Origin: Naegleria gruberi
Lineage: Eukaryota
Reading direction: 5' to 3' (one strand)
Assembly (NCBI GenBank): GCA_000004985.1
Contig: GG738868.1
DNA length: 64,000 nucleotides
Every line of letters starts with the position of its first letter. Within the stretch, counting starts at the first letter, position 1. The notes beneath the pieces are model-generated. The model was given only the letters and a program-made list of their open reading frames with translations, did no database searches and had not been told where the DNA came from. Made by a program: the position numbers and the translations under genes. Positions 1 through 8,776 of this stretch are shown here, one piece after another.

Positions 1-798
1 GACTCCAAGAGTTATAATGTTAGATGTGGCAATGTTATTTCTACTGTTCAGGAGGCTTATTCTTTATTCCTTCGTTATTCTAATCAATTGAATTCACTGT
101 ACAAATATCCTGAGGATTTACTAAACTCATTTATTGCCTATTCATACCTGAAGAAATTGGGATTTTCAGTTCAAAGACACTCTATAGATCACATTATTAA
201 GGATGAAAAAGAGTCAAAGAAGAGAAAGGTAGAGAACAATACACCTATTGAGACTAAACAAACAAAATCTCAATCTAAAAGAAAAAAGAAGGAGAGAAAG
301 GCATGTGATTTCCCTAATACATATCCATATACCATGACTAATCAAGAATCAATAGATGTATTATCAGACGAATCTAACAAACCTCTTGTATATAATATGA
401 AATTGGAAGACAGTCAAGAATTGAATCTCCAACAATTATTCAACACTCTCAATATTGTTCAACATGAAAAATTCAACTCTAATGTAAATAATGAAACAGA
501 AAGAATAATGTTTGATGTTTGGAAATCTGGAACTACAGATCTCAAAAGTCCTCCAGCCATGGTTGTAATTATTACCTCATTTTCCAGAAGTACAGTTCCA
601 CCGATAGAGGACGTTTTCAGAATGCACAACATGTTTGGAACTATTCCAATATTCTATTGTATGGTTGGTGATAGTGGTTCAATACTTTTTATGAATATTG
701 CTCCATTCGAAATTGAAAATTTAAATATGCCTTCTCAAAATTCTATTGCAAATGACAATAATCAACAAGAGCAAGCATTGAACTCTTTGATTGTATAA
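1..798 (+). CDS. Hypothetical protein, 5'-partial: the reading frame is open from window position 1, and the track 'M' at 88 is a TTG codon. Basic KRKKKERK stretch, Asn/Gln-rich C-terminus.
   Basis: The frame containing the 88..798 ORF has no stop back to position 1 and no in-frame ATG near 88. Composition is coding-like. No family recognised. Confidence 0.35.
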   Translation, partial: DSKSYNVRCGNVISTVQEAYSLFLRYSNQLNSLYKYPEDLLNSFIAYSYLKKLGFSVQRHSIDHIIKDEKESKKRKVENNTPIETKQTKSQSKRKKKERKACDFPNTYPYTMTNQESIDVLSDESNKPLVYNMKLEDSQELNLQQLFNTLNIVQHEKFNSNVNNETERIMFDVWKSGTTDLKSPPAMVVIITSFSRSTVPPIEDVFRMHNMFGTIPIFYCMVGDSGSILFMNIAPFEIENLNMPSQNSIANDNNQQEQALNSLIV

Positions 799-915
799 AA
801 CCTTAAGTAATTAAAAGTTCAACTAAATATTGCCCTTACAATTTCAATGCGCCAATTTTGTTTTTTGAACGTTTTAAATTAAAAATAGATTTAATGTCGT
901 CACTCCAACCAATGA

Positions 916-1806
916 ATGAACAAGGAAAATTCGAAAAAAAAGAAAATGAATGCACGATTTGCACTCTATTTGATATTGTTGATTGCAATGCTCTCCTCCG
1001 TATCACTCGTGCTGTTCGTTAAATACTTTTCATATAGACAACAAATGATAATTCAAACATCATCGGAACAAAAGAGTAGCATTCTACATCCTCCTTCAAA
1101 TTTAAAGAAGGATGGAGAAAAGATTAGCAATAATAATGGACCAAGAATTCATGACACAACTAACAAGGATACACAAACTAATTCATTGTTGCAACAAGCG
1201 GAAAATCAAGAACCACAGTCTTCTGACAGTTTTAATGTACAAAAAATTGAAACAAAGAAAAAGAATCACCAAACTTCAATTATTGATGGATTTTTTGATG
1301 ATAGGATTGATTTTCTAGATACAAAGACCACAATCACTCAAATTGGAGAAAATTTGGACTCTGAAAAAGACAACTCTCTCAAAGTTAAAGTAGAAAATGT
1401 GCAATGTAGAAATACTAAACAAGGAGCTGAATATATTACTGATAGTCTTGGATATGTTTGCTCAATTATGCATGTAGATCCAAAAACTAGATGTTGTAAA
1501 CACATTGATGACGAACAAGCTAGAAAGGATGGTCTTCCACCAATTGAAAGATATTCATGCTCGACATGTCACACTAATCAATGTTGCTCATCTTATGAAC
1601 ATTGTGTCAGTTGCTGTATGGATATTGACAAGAGAGAAGAACTCCAAAGATCATTCCAACAATGGAAGGATGAAAAATTATTTAAGGGCGTAAAAACAGT
1701 TTTTGAACTTTGTTTATTGAGATGTAGAACAACCAGTAAGAGTGTACAAAATGAAACCAGATACAAAGACTCTAGATATAGATATTGTTATGGATCTATT
1801 AATTAA
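916..1806 (+). CDS. Type II membrane protein with N-terminal signal-anchor and C-terminal cysteine-rich domain (about 20 Cys; possibly DUF2054/SPRING-like, unverified)
   Basis: Real ATG at 916. Hydrophobic segment LYLILLIAMLSSVSLVLFV near the N-terminus. C-terminal Cys spacing CRNT..CSIMH..CCKHIDDE..CSTCHTNQCCSSYEHCVSCC. The stop codon overlaps the stop of the convergent gene at 1803. Confidence 0.5.
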   Translation: MNKENSKKKKMNARFALYLILLIAMLSSVSLVLFVKYFSYRQQMIIQTSSEQKSSILHPPSNLKKDGEKISNNNGPRIHDTTNKDTQTNSLLQQAENQEPQSSDSFNVQKIETKKKNHQTSIIDGFFDDRIDFLDTKTTITQIGENLDSEKDNSLKVKVENVQCRNTKQGAEYITDSLGYVCSIMHVDPKTRCCKHIDDEQARKDGLPPIERYSCSTCHTNQCCSSYEHCVSCCMDIDKREELQRSFQQWKDEKLFKGVKTVFELCLLRCRTTSKSVQNETRYKDSRYRYCYGSIN

Positions 1807-3586
1807 TAATGGTTGTATGATACTCTTGGACTTTGCTTAGGAGAGGCCATACTTCTAGCAATTACATTGATGGCGGATGAATTAATTGCATTTGAACCTT
1901 GTCTTGTTAAAACAGGTGATTTTGAGGTAGTTCTAACCTTTTCAATAGGAGCTGTAAATGAGTGCACAGATCCTTTGGTAGGGCTATAGAAACCAAAGCT
2001 ATATTGTTTGTCAATTGGTGCACAACCATTTCCACCGAACGAAGAAATAAAACCTCTAGGCGATATCATCTTTTCCTTATCCTTATCATCTGCTCTCAAT
2101 TTTTGTTGTACAATATTTGGATTTGAACTTTCATATCTTAATCCACTATTAATAAACTGTGGGAGTGATTTGTCTCTTGTGAATTCCTCTCTTCTTGGTG
2201 TTGCTGTTTGGAATCCCTTACTGACAACCCATTTGTTTTTTTGGTCAGGTCTGAAAAAATTATCCTTAGGGTCTTGATATGGTCCAGCAGTTGTAATATA
2301 CAATCCCTCAACATCTGCTACTGAAAATGCAGGAGATTTTTCATTGATTGCAGAGTATAACTGAGATTTTTCATACTGGTCCAAGTTGTCAAGAGGTTCT
2401 TGCGGATATTCAAGTCCAGCAAGGTAGTTTGTTGTATTGTACAAAATTTGAGGTTGAGAGTAAATTTTAAGGAACGGATTACCATCCGAGGCCAATCTTC
2501 CTTTTCCTTTTTGAAGGAAATTCTTCTTTCCAGAAGAGGAGGCAGAATCCGATGAATTACTCAAATCACTCATTGATAATTCTCTAATTTTATCCCCTCT
2601 TGGTCCAACAACTCTTGGACTACCAGATCTAGGTCTCTCCTTAATCAATGACATTGATCTTCTCTTCTTTAGCTTAGCATAATCTTCTTCATTCATTTCA
2701 ATTTCCAAGTGTAAATTTCGAGGAGATAATTGTTGTTCAACTAGTGGTGCGTGTATTACATCTTTTTCTTCTTTCTTTTTTACATAGGATCTTCTTGGAG
2801 AAATCTCTGAAGGAGAGGAATGTCTTGGTTTTTGTACATTCATTAGCTGTTCTTCAATCATTTTTCCAACTCTGGACATTTGATCACTAAAAGAATTATT
2901 ATCTAGATTGTGTGGAAGCTCAATATCTGATGGTGTTGGCTTCTTTTCATTATTATTCCCTTTTTCCCATGAATAAATTGGTTTTACTTTCTTTCCAGAT
3001 TGAGCCTTTGATTTGTTAATGGCTTGTCTCTTTAAACCATCTAGTAATGATTGCTTAGTCGAACCCGAGTTTTCTGGCTTATTTTCTAAAAACGGATTAT
3101 TTTCCTCTGTAATTTCATATTTATCATCAATAGTTGTTGGAGTAGATTGTTTTACAGCAAATAGGGCTGTTTTTAATTCATCAATTTTAGATAATGTTGA
3201 TACATTGTAAGCATTAAGGAGGCTTTCAAACTTGGATTTAATATCTTTCAACTTGTTCGAGAAGTCTACATAAAGTAAAATTGATCAAGCCATACTATTA
3301 CACTATACTACCTACCACTAGAGATATTCAACTTCCTCACTTCATCAATTTCCTGTATACGTTCTTTGATGGCAATAGATAATTTGTTGAGTACTCCCAT
3401 CTTATCAACGTAATTCATTTGTGATTTGGGCTTCTCGGCATCTTTTGGATGTTTTAACAAGTTGTGGATTTCTTGTTGTTTCTCCAGTTTTAGTTGGAGA
3501 AAGAGCACTCGGTAGAGTTCGGCAATTTCAAAGGCTTGCTTTTCCACTTCCTCAGTGCTATTGATTGATAATTGTACCCATTTCAT
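1803..3586 (-). CDS. Ser-rich hypothetical protein, 2 exons: exon 1 3586..3316, 50-nt intron 3315..3266 (GTAGGT...TATGTAG), exon 2 3265..1803
   Basis: ATG at 3586-3584 (MKWVQ...). Track ORF 3308..3586 ends 13 codons before the 1803..3251 ORF, whose 'start' is a TTG. A GT..AG intron joins them in frame (...NISS|DFSNKLKDIKSK...). N-terminal coiled-coil-like region, then long Ser/Pro-rich low-complexity region. Confidence 0.55.
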
Positions 3587-3720
3587 GTCGATGATGCGTG
3601 TTCCTTAGACGTTGGGAGCATATATTTTTTTTAATAAATCTTGAAAAATTTTACAACTGTAAAACTAGACGTTCCTTAAGGAAATGGTCTAAGCCTTGAT
3701 TAAAAATTAACAAAATGAAT

Positions 3721-3791
3721 TGCATTAGCCGGGAGTCGAACCCGGGTCACCAGCTTGGAAGGCTGGTATGATACCGTTACACTACTAATGC
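3721..3791 (-). tRNA. tRNA-Gly (anticodon UCC)
   Basis: Reverse complement is GCATTAGTAGTGTAACGGTATCATACCAGCCTTCCAAGCTGGTGACCCGGGTTCGACTCCCGGCTAATGCA. Perfect 7-bp acceptor stem GCATTAG/CTAATGC. Anticodon stem CCAGC/GCTGG with loop CTTCCAA (anticodon TCC). T-stem CCGGG/CCCGG with TTCGACT loop. Near-identical to canonical eukaryotic tRNA-Gly-TCC. Confidence 0.9.
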
Positions 3792-4125
3792 TTCTCTCTT
3801 TAAAATTAATTGATCAATGTGGGTTGATAAGTATCCCTAACCTGGAAGGTCCTTTTTCCAACAAGATCTGTTTTTCTGTACTATTCGCTATTTACTCTTT
3901 ACTTAATAGTAATTTTTATGATTGATTTAAGGTAAGGAGTCAGTATTCTTAAAGAAGGTAGAGTTCATAATAATTATTCCAATTCAAGTAATTTCATCTT
4001 AATTGTAGTTAAAATTACCCAATAAATCCAAGAGCTTTAGCGAAAATGCATCTTGTTCCTCATCCCCAAACGGACATTGAAGAGTTACTTGAAAAAAAAC
4101 ACCTTTGAAGTGTTAGAATCATCAG

Positions 4126-4875
4126 ATGAACCCAACAACTTCCTCTCATTCAATTTTACTTCAACGAACAACAGCAGAAATTATCACGATGGAAATTGAT
4201 GAAAGCAGTTCTGAAAGTTGTGATACTGTTGTGAATGTTGGCTCTTCTGATATTTCACCTCAACAACTACACAAATTTTCCAGTAAATCTCTGCAACCTT
4301 GCTCACCTTCTTCTTCACAGGCACCGGCAGCAGAAAGCAAATTTGAATTAACCCACGTTTTGTGTATTGAACAGGTGGAATCTGATTTTACCCCCATTCC
4401 TTGGAGGACATCTACACAGAGAGGACAGTTCAGTTGTGAAAAGGATGAAAGGGGGAGATATGTTATAAGACAGCCTCCTGAGTTGGATTACTTGTTTCAA
4501 TTTGTTGTTGGAGTTGCCTCAATGTTTATTGTTCCTTGCATTGGAATTATAATTTTCATCTCAATATTCTTCACAATGGAATTTAACTTGACTGTTAGCA
4601 GTGGTGAATTGACAATTAATACATTTGGAGCCTATTGGAAAAACAAGAGATTGGAAACCAGCATGAGTGTTCCTATACGTAATATTGCTGCATTAAGAGT
4701 GGTCATGAATCAAACACAAAAGAGAGAAGGCTTACCCGATGGAAAGTTGTTTATCATAACAAGAGACAATTTGACCATTGAGGTGCAGAAGGATTATGTT
4801 AATTATTACTCTGTTCTTGCAATGGCTCAAAAGGCAACAGAGGTGATTAATTCCAATTTGAATCTGAGTGCATAA
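4126..4875 (+). CDS. Hypothetical membrane protein (one strong transmembrane segment FVVGVASMFIVPCIGIIIFISIFF)
   Basis: ATG at 4126, 249-aa ORF, Ser-rich N-terminus, central TM helix. No family recognised. Confidence 0.45.
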   Translation: MNPTTSSHSILLQRTTAEIITMEIDESSSESCDTVVNVGSSDISPQQLHKFSSKSLQPCSPSSSQAPAAESKFELTHVLCIEQVESDFTPIPWRTSTQRGQFSCEKDERGRYVIRQPPELDYLFQFVVGVASMFIVPCIGIIIFISIFFTMEFNLTVSSGELTINTFGAYWKNKRLETSMSVPIRNIAALRVVMNQTQKREGLPDGKLFIITRDNLTIEVQKDYVNYYSVLAMAQKATEVINSNLNLSA

Positions 4876-5379
4876 AACATTCTATTTTGGAAACGACTCA
4901 AACACCTTTTTTGAAATTGTTGGTGAGGAAATTGTTCATCATAATGATCGTAAGCTGTTCTTGTATGTGTACAGGGACATTACAGAATAAAACTTCGAAG
5001 TTTCATAAAGTTAAATAAATTGAATAGCTGTAAAAGAGTAACTTTCTAATTGGATGAAAAATTGCTATTGCATCCACTGAGTTGTTAATGAAAAGTAGAG
5101 CTGTACAACAGTTTGCACTGATTTAAAAGCTATTAACCATGTGTAGCAATATGTTAAGATTCAATGGTTCTTTACAAAATATCAAAAAATGCCAACACTA
5201 ATAATATTGCATGATTCATTGTTTTGTGATCATGAAAATGTTATCAAACTGAAACAAAAATTCACTTATCAAAGCAAAGGAAAATGTAAATGGATTCATA
5301 ATAGATTAAATTGTGGTGCCATCTTCCGATCGAGTTTGCGCATGATAAATTTTATATTTGTAAATTTCTGCAAAAACAC

Positions 5380-6226
5380 ATGTTTAGGAATGAATTTAAT
5401 ATTTGTGATGAGTGGTTTGATGAGAAGGTAGATCTTTTTTTCGATAGGATCAAAAAATATGGATTATTGGACTACTCAATTAGAACTCGCAGTGATAGGA
5501 TTTATTGCAATGAAATATTGCAAAACAGTACAGAATTTATTTTTCAAATAATTAAGAATGAGGAAAAGGCAAAGAAATATGCTCCTAAGCGTGCAAATGA
5601 GTGCTATGAAGAGGATGAGATAGTTGAAACTAACACAAATTCAGAAATAGATTTGGAGGACAAAAATTCAATTTTGAATGATCTGAAAAAGAGGTCTGAT
5701 AGTTACATTTTCAAAAATATTTCACCAAGTTTGAAAGGTGATGCAGAATTTATTTTACAAGCACTCAAATATTGTCCTGATGCTTATATTTTGGATTTTG
5801 TTGATTCGACGCTGAAACAGGATAGAGAATTCATTAAACAAGCTGTGAAGGTAAATCCATATTCAATTGCATTTGCAAGCCAATTTTTAAGAAATGATTT
5901 TGAAATTGCTAAAGAAACACTGTTACTGAACGCAGATTGTTTCAGATATCTATCCTATGAGTTAAGGTCAAATGAGGAATTGGCCATGATGGCTTTGAAA
6001 GAGTTACCATTTCTTTGGACTTATCTTAGTGAAGATCTTTTTAACTGTGGAATTTGCATTGAAAGCCATTGAGTATGCCAATGCAGCTGTCATTAAATAC
6101 TTTCCACAAGTCCCAGAACAGATGGAGATAGTTGCAGTGAAAGCAAATGGATACTATCTCAATTTTACAGAACAACTACTTGAGGAACGTATTAATCATG
6201 AATACTTTGGAGCTAAATTGTTCTAA
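5380..6226 (+). CDS. DUF4116-repeat protein; reading frame is interrupted (possible pseudogene or homopolymer sequencing errors); 5' end uncertain
   Basis: DUF4116-type repeats (..DAEFILQALKYCPDAYILDFVDSTLKQDREFIKQAVKVNPYSIAFASQFLRNDFEIAKETLL..) in track ORF 5311..6072. The repeats continue in another frame in ORF 6029..6226 (..EFALKAIEYANAAVIKYFPQVPEQMEIVAVKANGYYLNFTEQLL). The switch occurs at a T5 run (6037-6041); removing one T restores ..SEDLLTVEFALKAIEY. A separate ATG-initiated frame (5189..5431) overlaps the 5' end, and an A3 run at 5308-5310 could be a second indel site. The first in-frame ATG of the DUF4116 frame is 5380. Confidence 0.4.
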
Positions 6227-6232
6227 ACTTGT

Positions 6233-7582
6233 TTATAAGAGTGATTGATTTTCACCATTTTTCTTTTTCAGTTTCTTGAGAATCGAAAAGAGAACACTCA
6301 TTATTAAGACAACAATCAACACTAACAAGATGAACCCTCCCACACTTCCAAAGATAACCCCAATCAGAGTATAGTCCTCCTCCTTAGGATTGTCGCTGCT
6401 ACTGATACTGCTTGAATAATTATTGTAAATAATACTGCTTTCTGTTGTAATCCAATAGTTCAAAATGCAATTTTCATACTTTCCCATTGTATCCAATAAG
6501 AAATGTTGCCATCTTTGATTTAGTCTGTCAAATCTATAGAATGGATAGCCAGAGGAGCAATCAGAATTACCTATGAATATTTCACCATCCATTGTAAAGA
6601 TTTGAGCCATGTATCCTATTGGAGTTCCAAACTCTGTCCATGTCGAAGAGTCTGCATCAAGTGATATGGCAGCTCCTTCCACTCTTGAAGCAAAGTACTT
6701 GGAATTAACAGAATCAAATACTATGGAATTGATTCCAATTGAATTGTTTGATCCAAATAGCTTCAAATCTTCAAGAGTAAACGTAGCAGTATTGAATTGA
6801 ACTCTTGCCGAGTTTTTAATTTGATCAACTGAGAAGGTACCAACAACAATTACTGATATTGAACTTGTGTCCTTTTCAGAGATTAGTAGAAAATCGTTCA
6901 AACTATTCTTGGTAGAAAAAGGGATAGAACATTTTCTTGTTTGTAAATCCACTATAAACAAATTACTCTTAGAGGAAACCACCATAAATCTTCCATCCTT
7001 ATTATTGCAAACTCTAACCTTTGTAAATGCTGCAGATGTAAACTCAACTGGAGCATTGTTAACTTCAAAATTAGTCCACTTTTCCTCTTTAACATTCCAC
7101 ACAACAATCTTGCTGTTAAATTTCTGATTCTCATATGAATATCCAACAATATACACAAGTCCATAATCTTCCTCATAATCAATATCCTTCACAGTTACCG
7201 AACTGTCTAACCCTCCTTTCATATTGTCCCACATCTGCAAATCAGCCTTAAATTGAGCTACCCCTTTAAAACCATTACCTTGGAAACTTCCACCCACAAT
7301 CACCAACCTTTCCCTACTCAAGATTTTCATTGCGAAAACTTCATATCCAAGTGGACGTCCATTCACATCTTTAAATGGAAAAGGAAGAGAGTTTCCGACG
7401 GCATGCCAATCGGATCCATGACCCTCTTGCAAAGATGCCAGAGAATCAATGAATTTACCTGTGACTGGAGATGTGGTTCTGTAATCTCCACCAACAACCA
7501 GTGTGAAATTTGGGTTCAGGCCAGCACAAACCAACTCTAGCACTACTAGGACCAACAAAAGTAAAAGTGTGAGTGGAGACAT
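6233..7582 (-). CDS. Type I membrane protein: cleavable signal peptide, large extracellular domain (beta-propeller-like, many N-glycosylation motifs), single C-terminal TM helix, short basic tail
   Basis: ATG at 7582. N-terminal MSPLTLLLLLVLVVLELVCA signal. C-terminal LIGVIFGSVGGFILLVLIVVLIMSVLFSIL followed by KKLKKK. No specific family recognised. Confidence 0.55.
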   Translation of the reverse strand: MSPLTLLLLLVLVVLELVCAGLNPNFTLVVGGDYRTTSPVTGKFIDSLASLQEGHGSDWHAVGNSLPFPFKDVNGRPLGYEVFAMKILSRERLVIVGGSFQGNGFKGVAQFKADLQMWDNMKGGLDSSVTVKDIDYEEDYGLVYIVGYSYENQKFNSKIVVWNVKEEKWTNFEVNNAPVEFTSAAFTKVRVCNNKDGRFMVVSSKSNLFIVDLQTRKCSIPFSTKNSLNDFLLISEKDTSSISVIVVGTFSVDQIKNSARVQFNTATFTLEDLKLFGSNNSIGINSIVFDSVNSKYFASRVEGAAISLDADSSTWTEFGTPIGYMAQIFTMDGEIFIGNSDCSSGYPFYRFDRLNQRWQHFLLDTMGKYENCILNYWITTESSIIYNNYSSSISSSDNPKEEDYTLIGVIFGSVGGFILLVLIVVLIMSVLFSILKKLKKKNGENQSLL

Positions 7583-7816
7583 TTTTTTAACGATACTCCT
7601 GACATTATAATGAATAAATCAAAATTATTTAAATTTTCTAAAGAATGCAAAGGTTAAATTTCCTGCAAATCTAAAATAAAGGGAATTCTTAAAATGTGTA
7701 AATGTGAAGAAGCAGAAAATGGTCTAGAAGCTTTAAAATTGGTATCAAAAGATTTGAACTATTTTTTGAATAGTTTTATATAACCGCTTGATGTCAATTT
7801 GAAAAATAAATGTGAA

Positions 7817-7877
7817 GGCGACATAGCTCAGTTGGGAGAGCGTAAGACTGAAGATCTTAAGATCCCTGGTGTCGGCA
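7817..7877 (+). pseudogene. tRNA-Phe(GAA)-like sequence with precise deletion of the T-loop and 3' T-stem (truncated tRNA or tRNA pseudogene)
   Basis: GGCGACATAGCTCAGTTGGGAGAGCGTAAGACTGAAGATCTTAAGATCCCTGGTGTCGGCA. Canonical D-arm and anticodon arm (loop CTGAAGA, anticodon GAA). After the 5' T-stem CCTGG the sequence jumps directly to the 3' acceptor strand TGTCGGC+A; about 12 nt (TTCGATCCCGGG-like) are missing relative to canonical eukaryotic tRNA-Phe. The acceptor stem has one G.G mismatch. Confidence 0.6.
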
Positions 7878-7997
7878 TATTTTAAGTTTATACCTGTTTA
7901 TTTGTGTAACAAGCTGTTTAATTTTTGCAACAACATTGTCAGAGAAGATCGAACTATTAAAACGATGACCAATGAACATTTACTAGCCTAAAGCTCA

Positions 7998-8459
7998 TTA
8001 AAATTTAATTTTCATAAGAGGGAATTGTTCTAAGTAGGCCTCCAACGGTACTTTTTGAATATTAGGTGTTGTTTCAAAGAAATGATTTAATTTTGCGTTC
8101 AACTCATCTTCTGTACAAGGAACGGAAGTTTGAAGAGAATAATGGTCGGTGTGTTCATGAATAAGAACCAAGTCATCTGGAATGGCAACTCCTTCAGGAA
8201 TCAGAATTAGCCCAACCTTTTTTTTGTAGTGGGCAAGAATATGCCCAAGAGTATGACCTCCTGGACGCAAGGAAAGACCATTAGGACATTCAAAAACATC
8301 ACCCTCAGCTGGTTGTACCATTCCGTTTCGTAACACAAAATCAAAAGATTTTTTTCCAGCCTTTGTTTGTCTGCGATATTCTCTTAAAGCAATTTTTTTA
8401 AAAGTGTCTATTCTGTAGAGATTGCATGGAAACTTATTGAAGCGAGTTAGTGTGGACAT
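7998..8459 (-). CDS. Hypothetical 153-aa protein (conserved-looking core ..FVLRNGMVQPAEGDVFECPNGLSLRPGGHTLGHILAHY..); function unknown
   Basis: ATG at 8459, single exon. Globular composition with His-rich motif. No confident family assignment. Confidence 0.45.
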   Translation of the reverse strand: MSTLTRFNKFPCNLYRIDTFKKIALREYRRQTKAGKKSFDFVLRNGMVQPAEGDVFECPNGLSLRPGGHTLGHILAHYKKKVGLILIPEGVAIPDDLVLIHEHTDHYSLQTSVPCTEDELNAKLNHFFETTPNIQKVPLEAYLEQFPLMKIKF

Positions 8460-8776
8460 TTTTTTAATATTAAATTATTAGATTTAAAATTGTCTAACGA
8501 AACAAAATACATGTCTAACAAAAACTACTGATGTTATATTATTTTCTGATTATCATATTATCACTACTTCAAGTTGATTATCGGAAGTAAGAATTAACAT
8601 TGACAGAGAAGATTGAAAAATTTGAAAATCCAATAGGATTGGAGTCTCTTACTACGATTTCTGAAACTGTTGAATCATACCCTTTCTCACTTGATTCCTA
8701 CAAAGAATTGTGTTTTAATCTCATGGTCAATTATTGGTTTAACATATGAGTGGATGATAATAAATATGAGAGATTA

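Noticed and set aside
88-90. ORF-track start codons at 88, 3251, 5311, 16783, 17109, 22825, 23815, 36523, 37809, 40562, 44152, 44520, 45732, 49814, 50481, 60167 shown as 'M'
   Set aside because: These positions are TTG/GTG in the sequence, not ATG. I treated them as internal exon or frame continuations and looked for the real ATG or splice junction instead.
2008-2277. Antisense and shadow ORFs inside larger genes (e.g. 2008..2277, 3013..3210, 6609..7540 group, 10495..10797, 14341..15073 group, 31682..32422 group, 52335..53696 group, 56150..56617)
   Set aside because: Each lies wholly within a longer, homology-supported ORF on the opposite strand or in another frame. Their periodic or low-complexity translations mirror the real gene (e.g. 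DUF4116 repeat shadows). Treated as non-coding artefacts.
7998-8459. Idea that the 153-aa protein is an ADP-ribosyltransferase or polymorphic-toxin-like domain
   Set aside because: I could not match catalytic motifs (R-S-E / H-Y-E) convincingly. Left as hypothetical.
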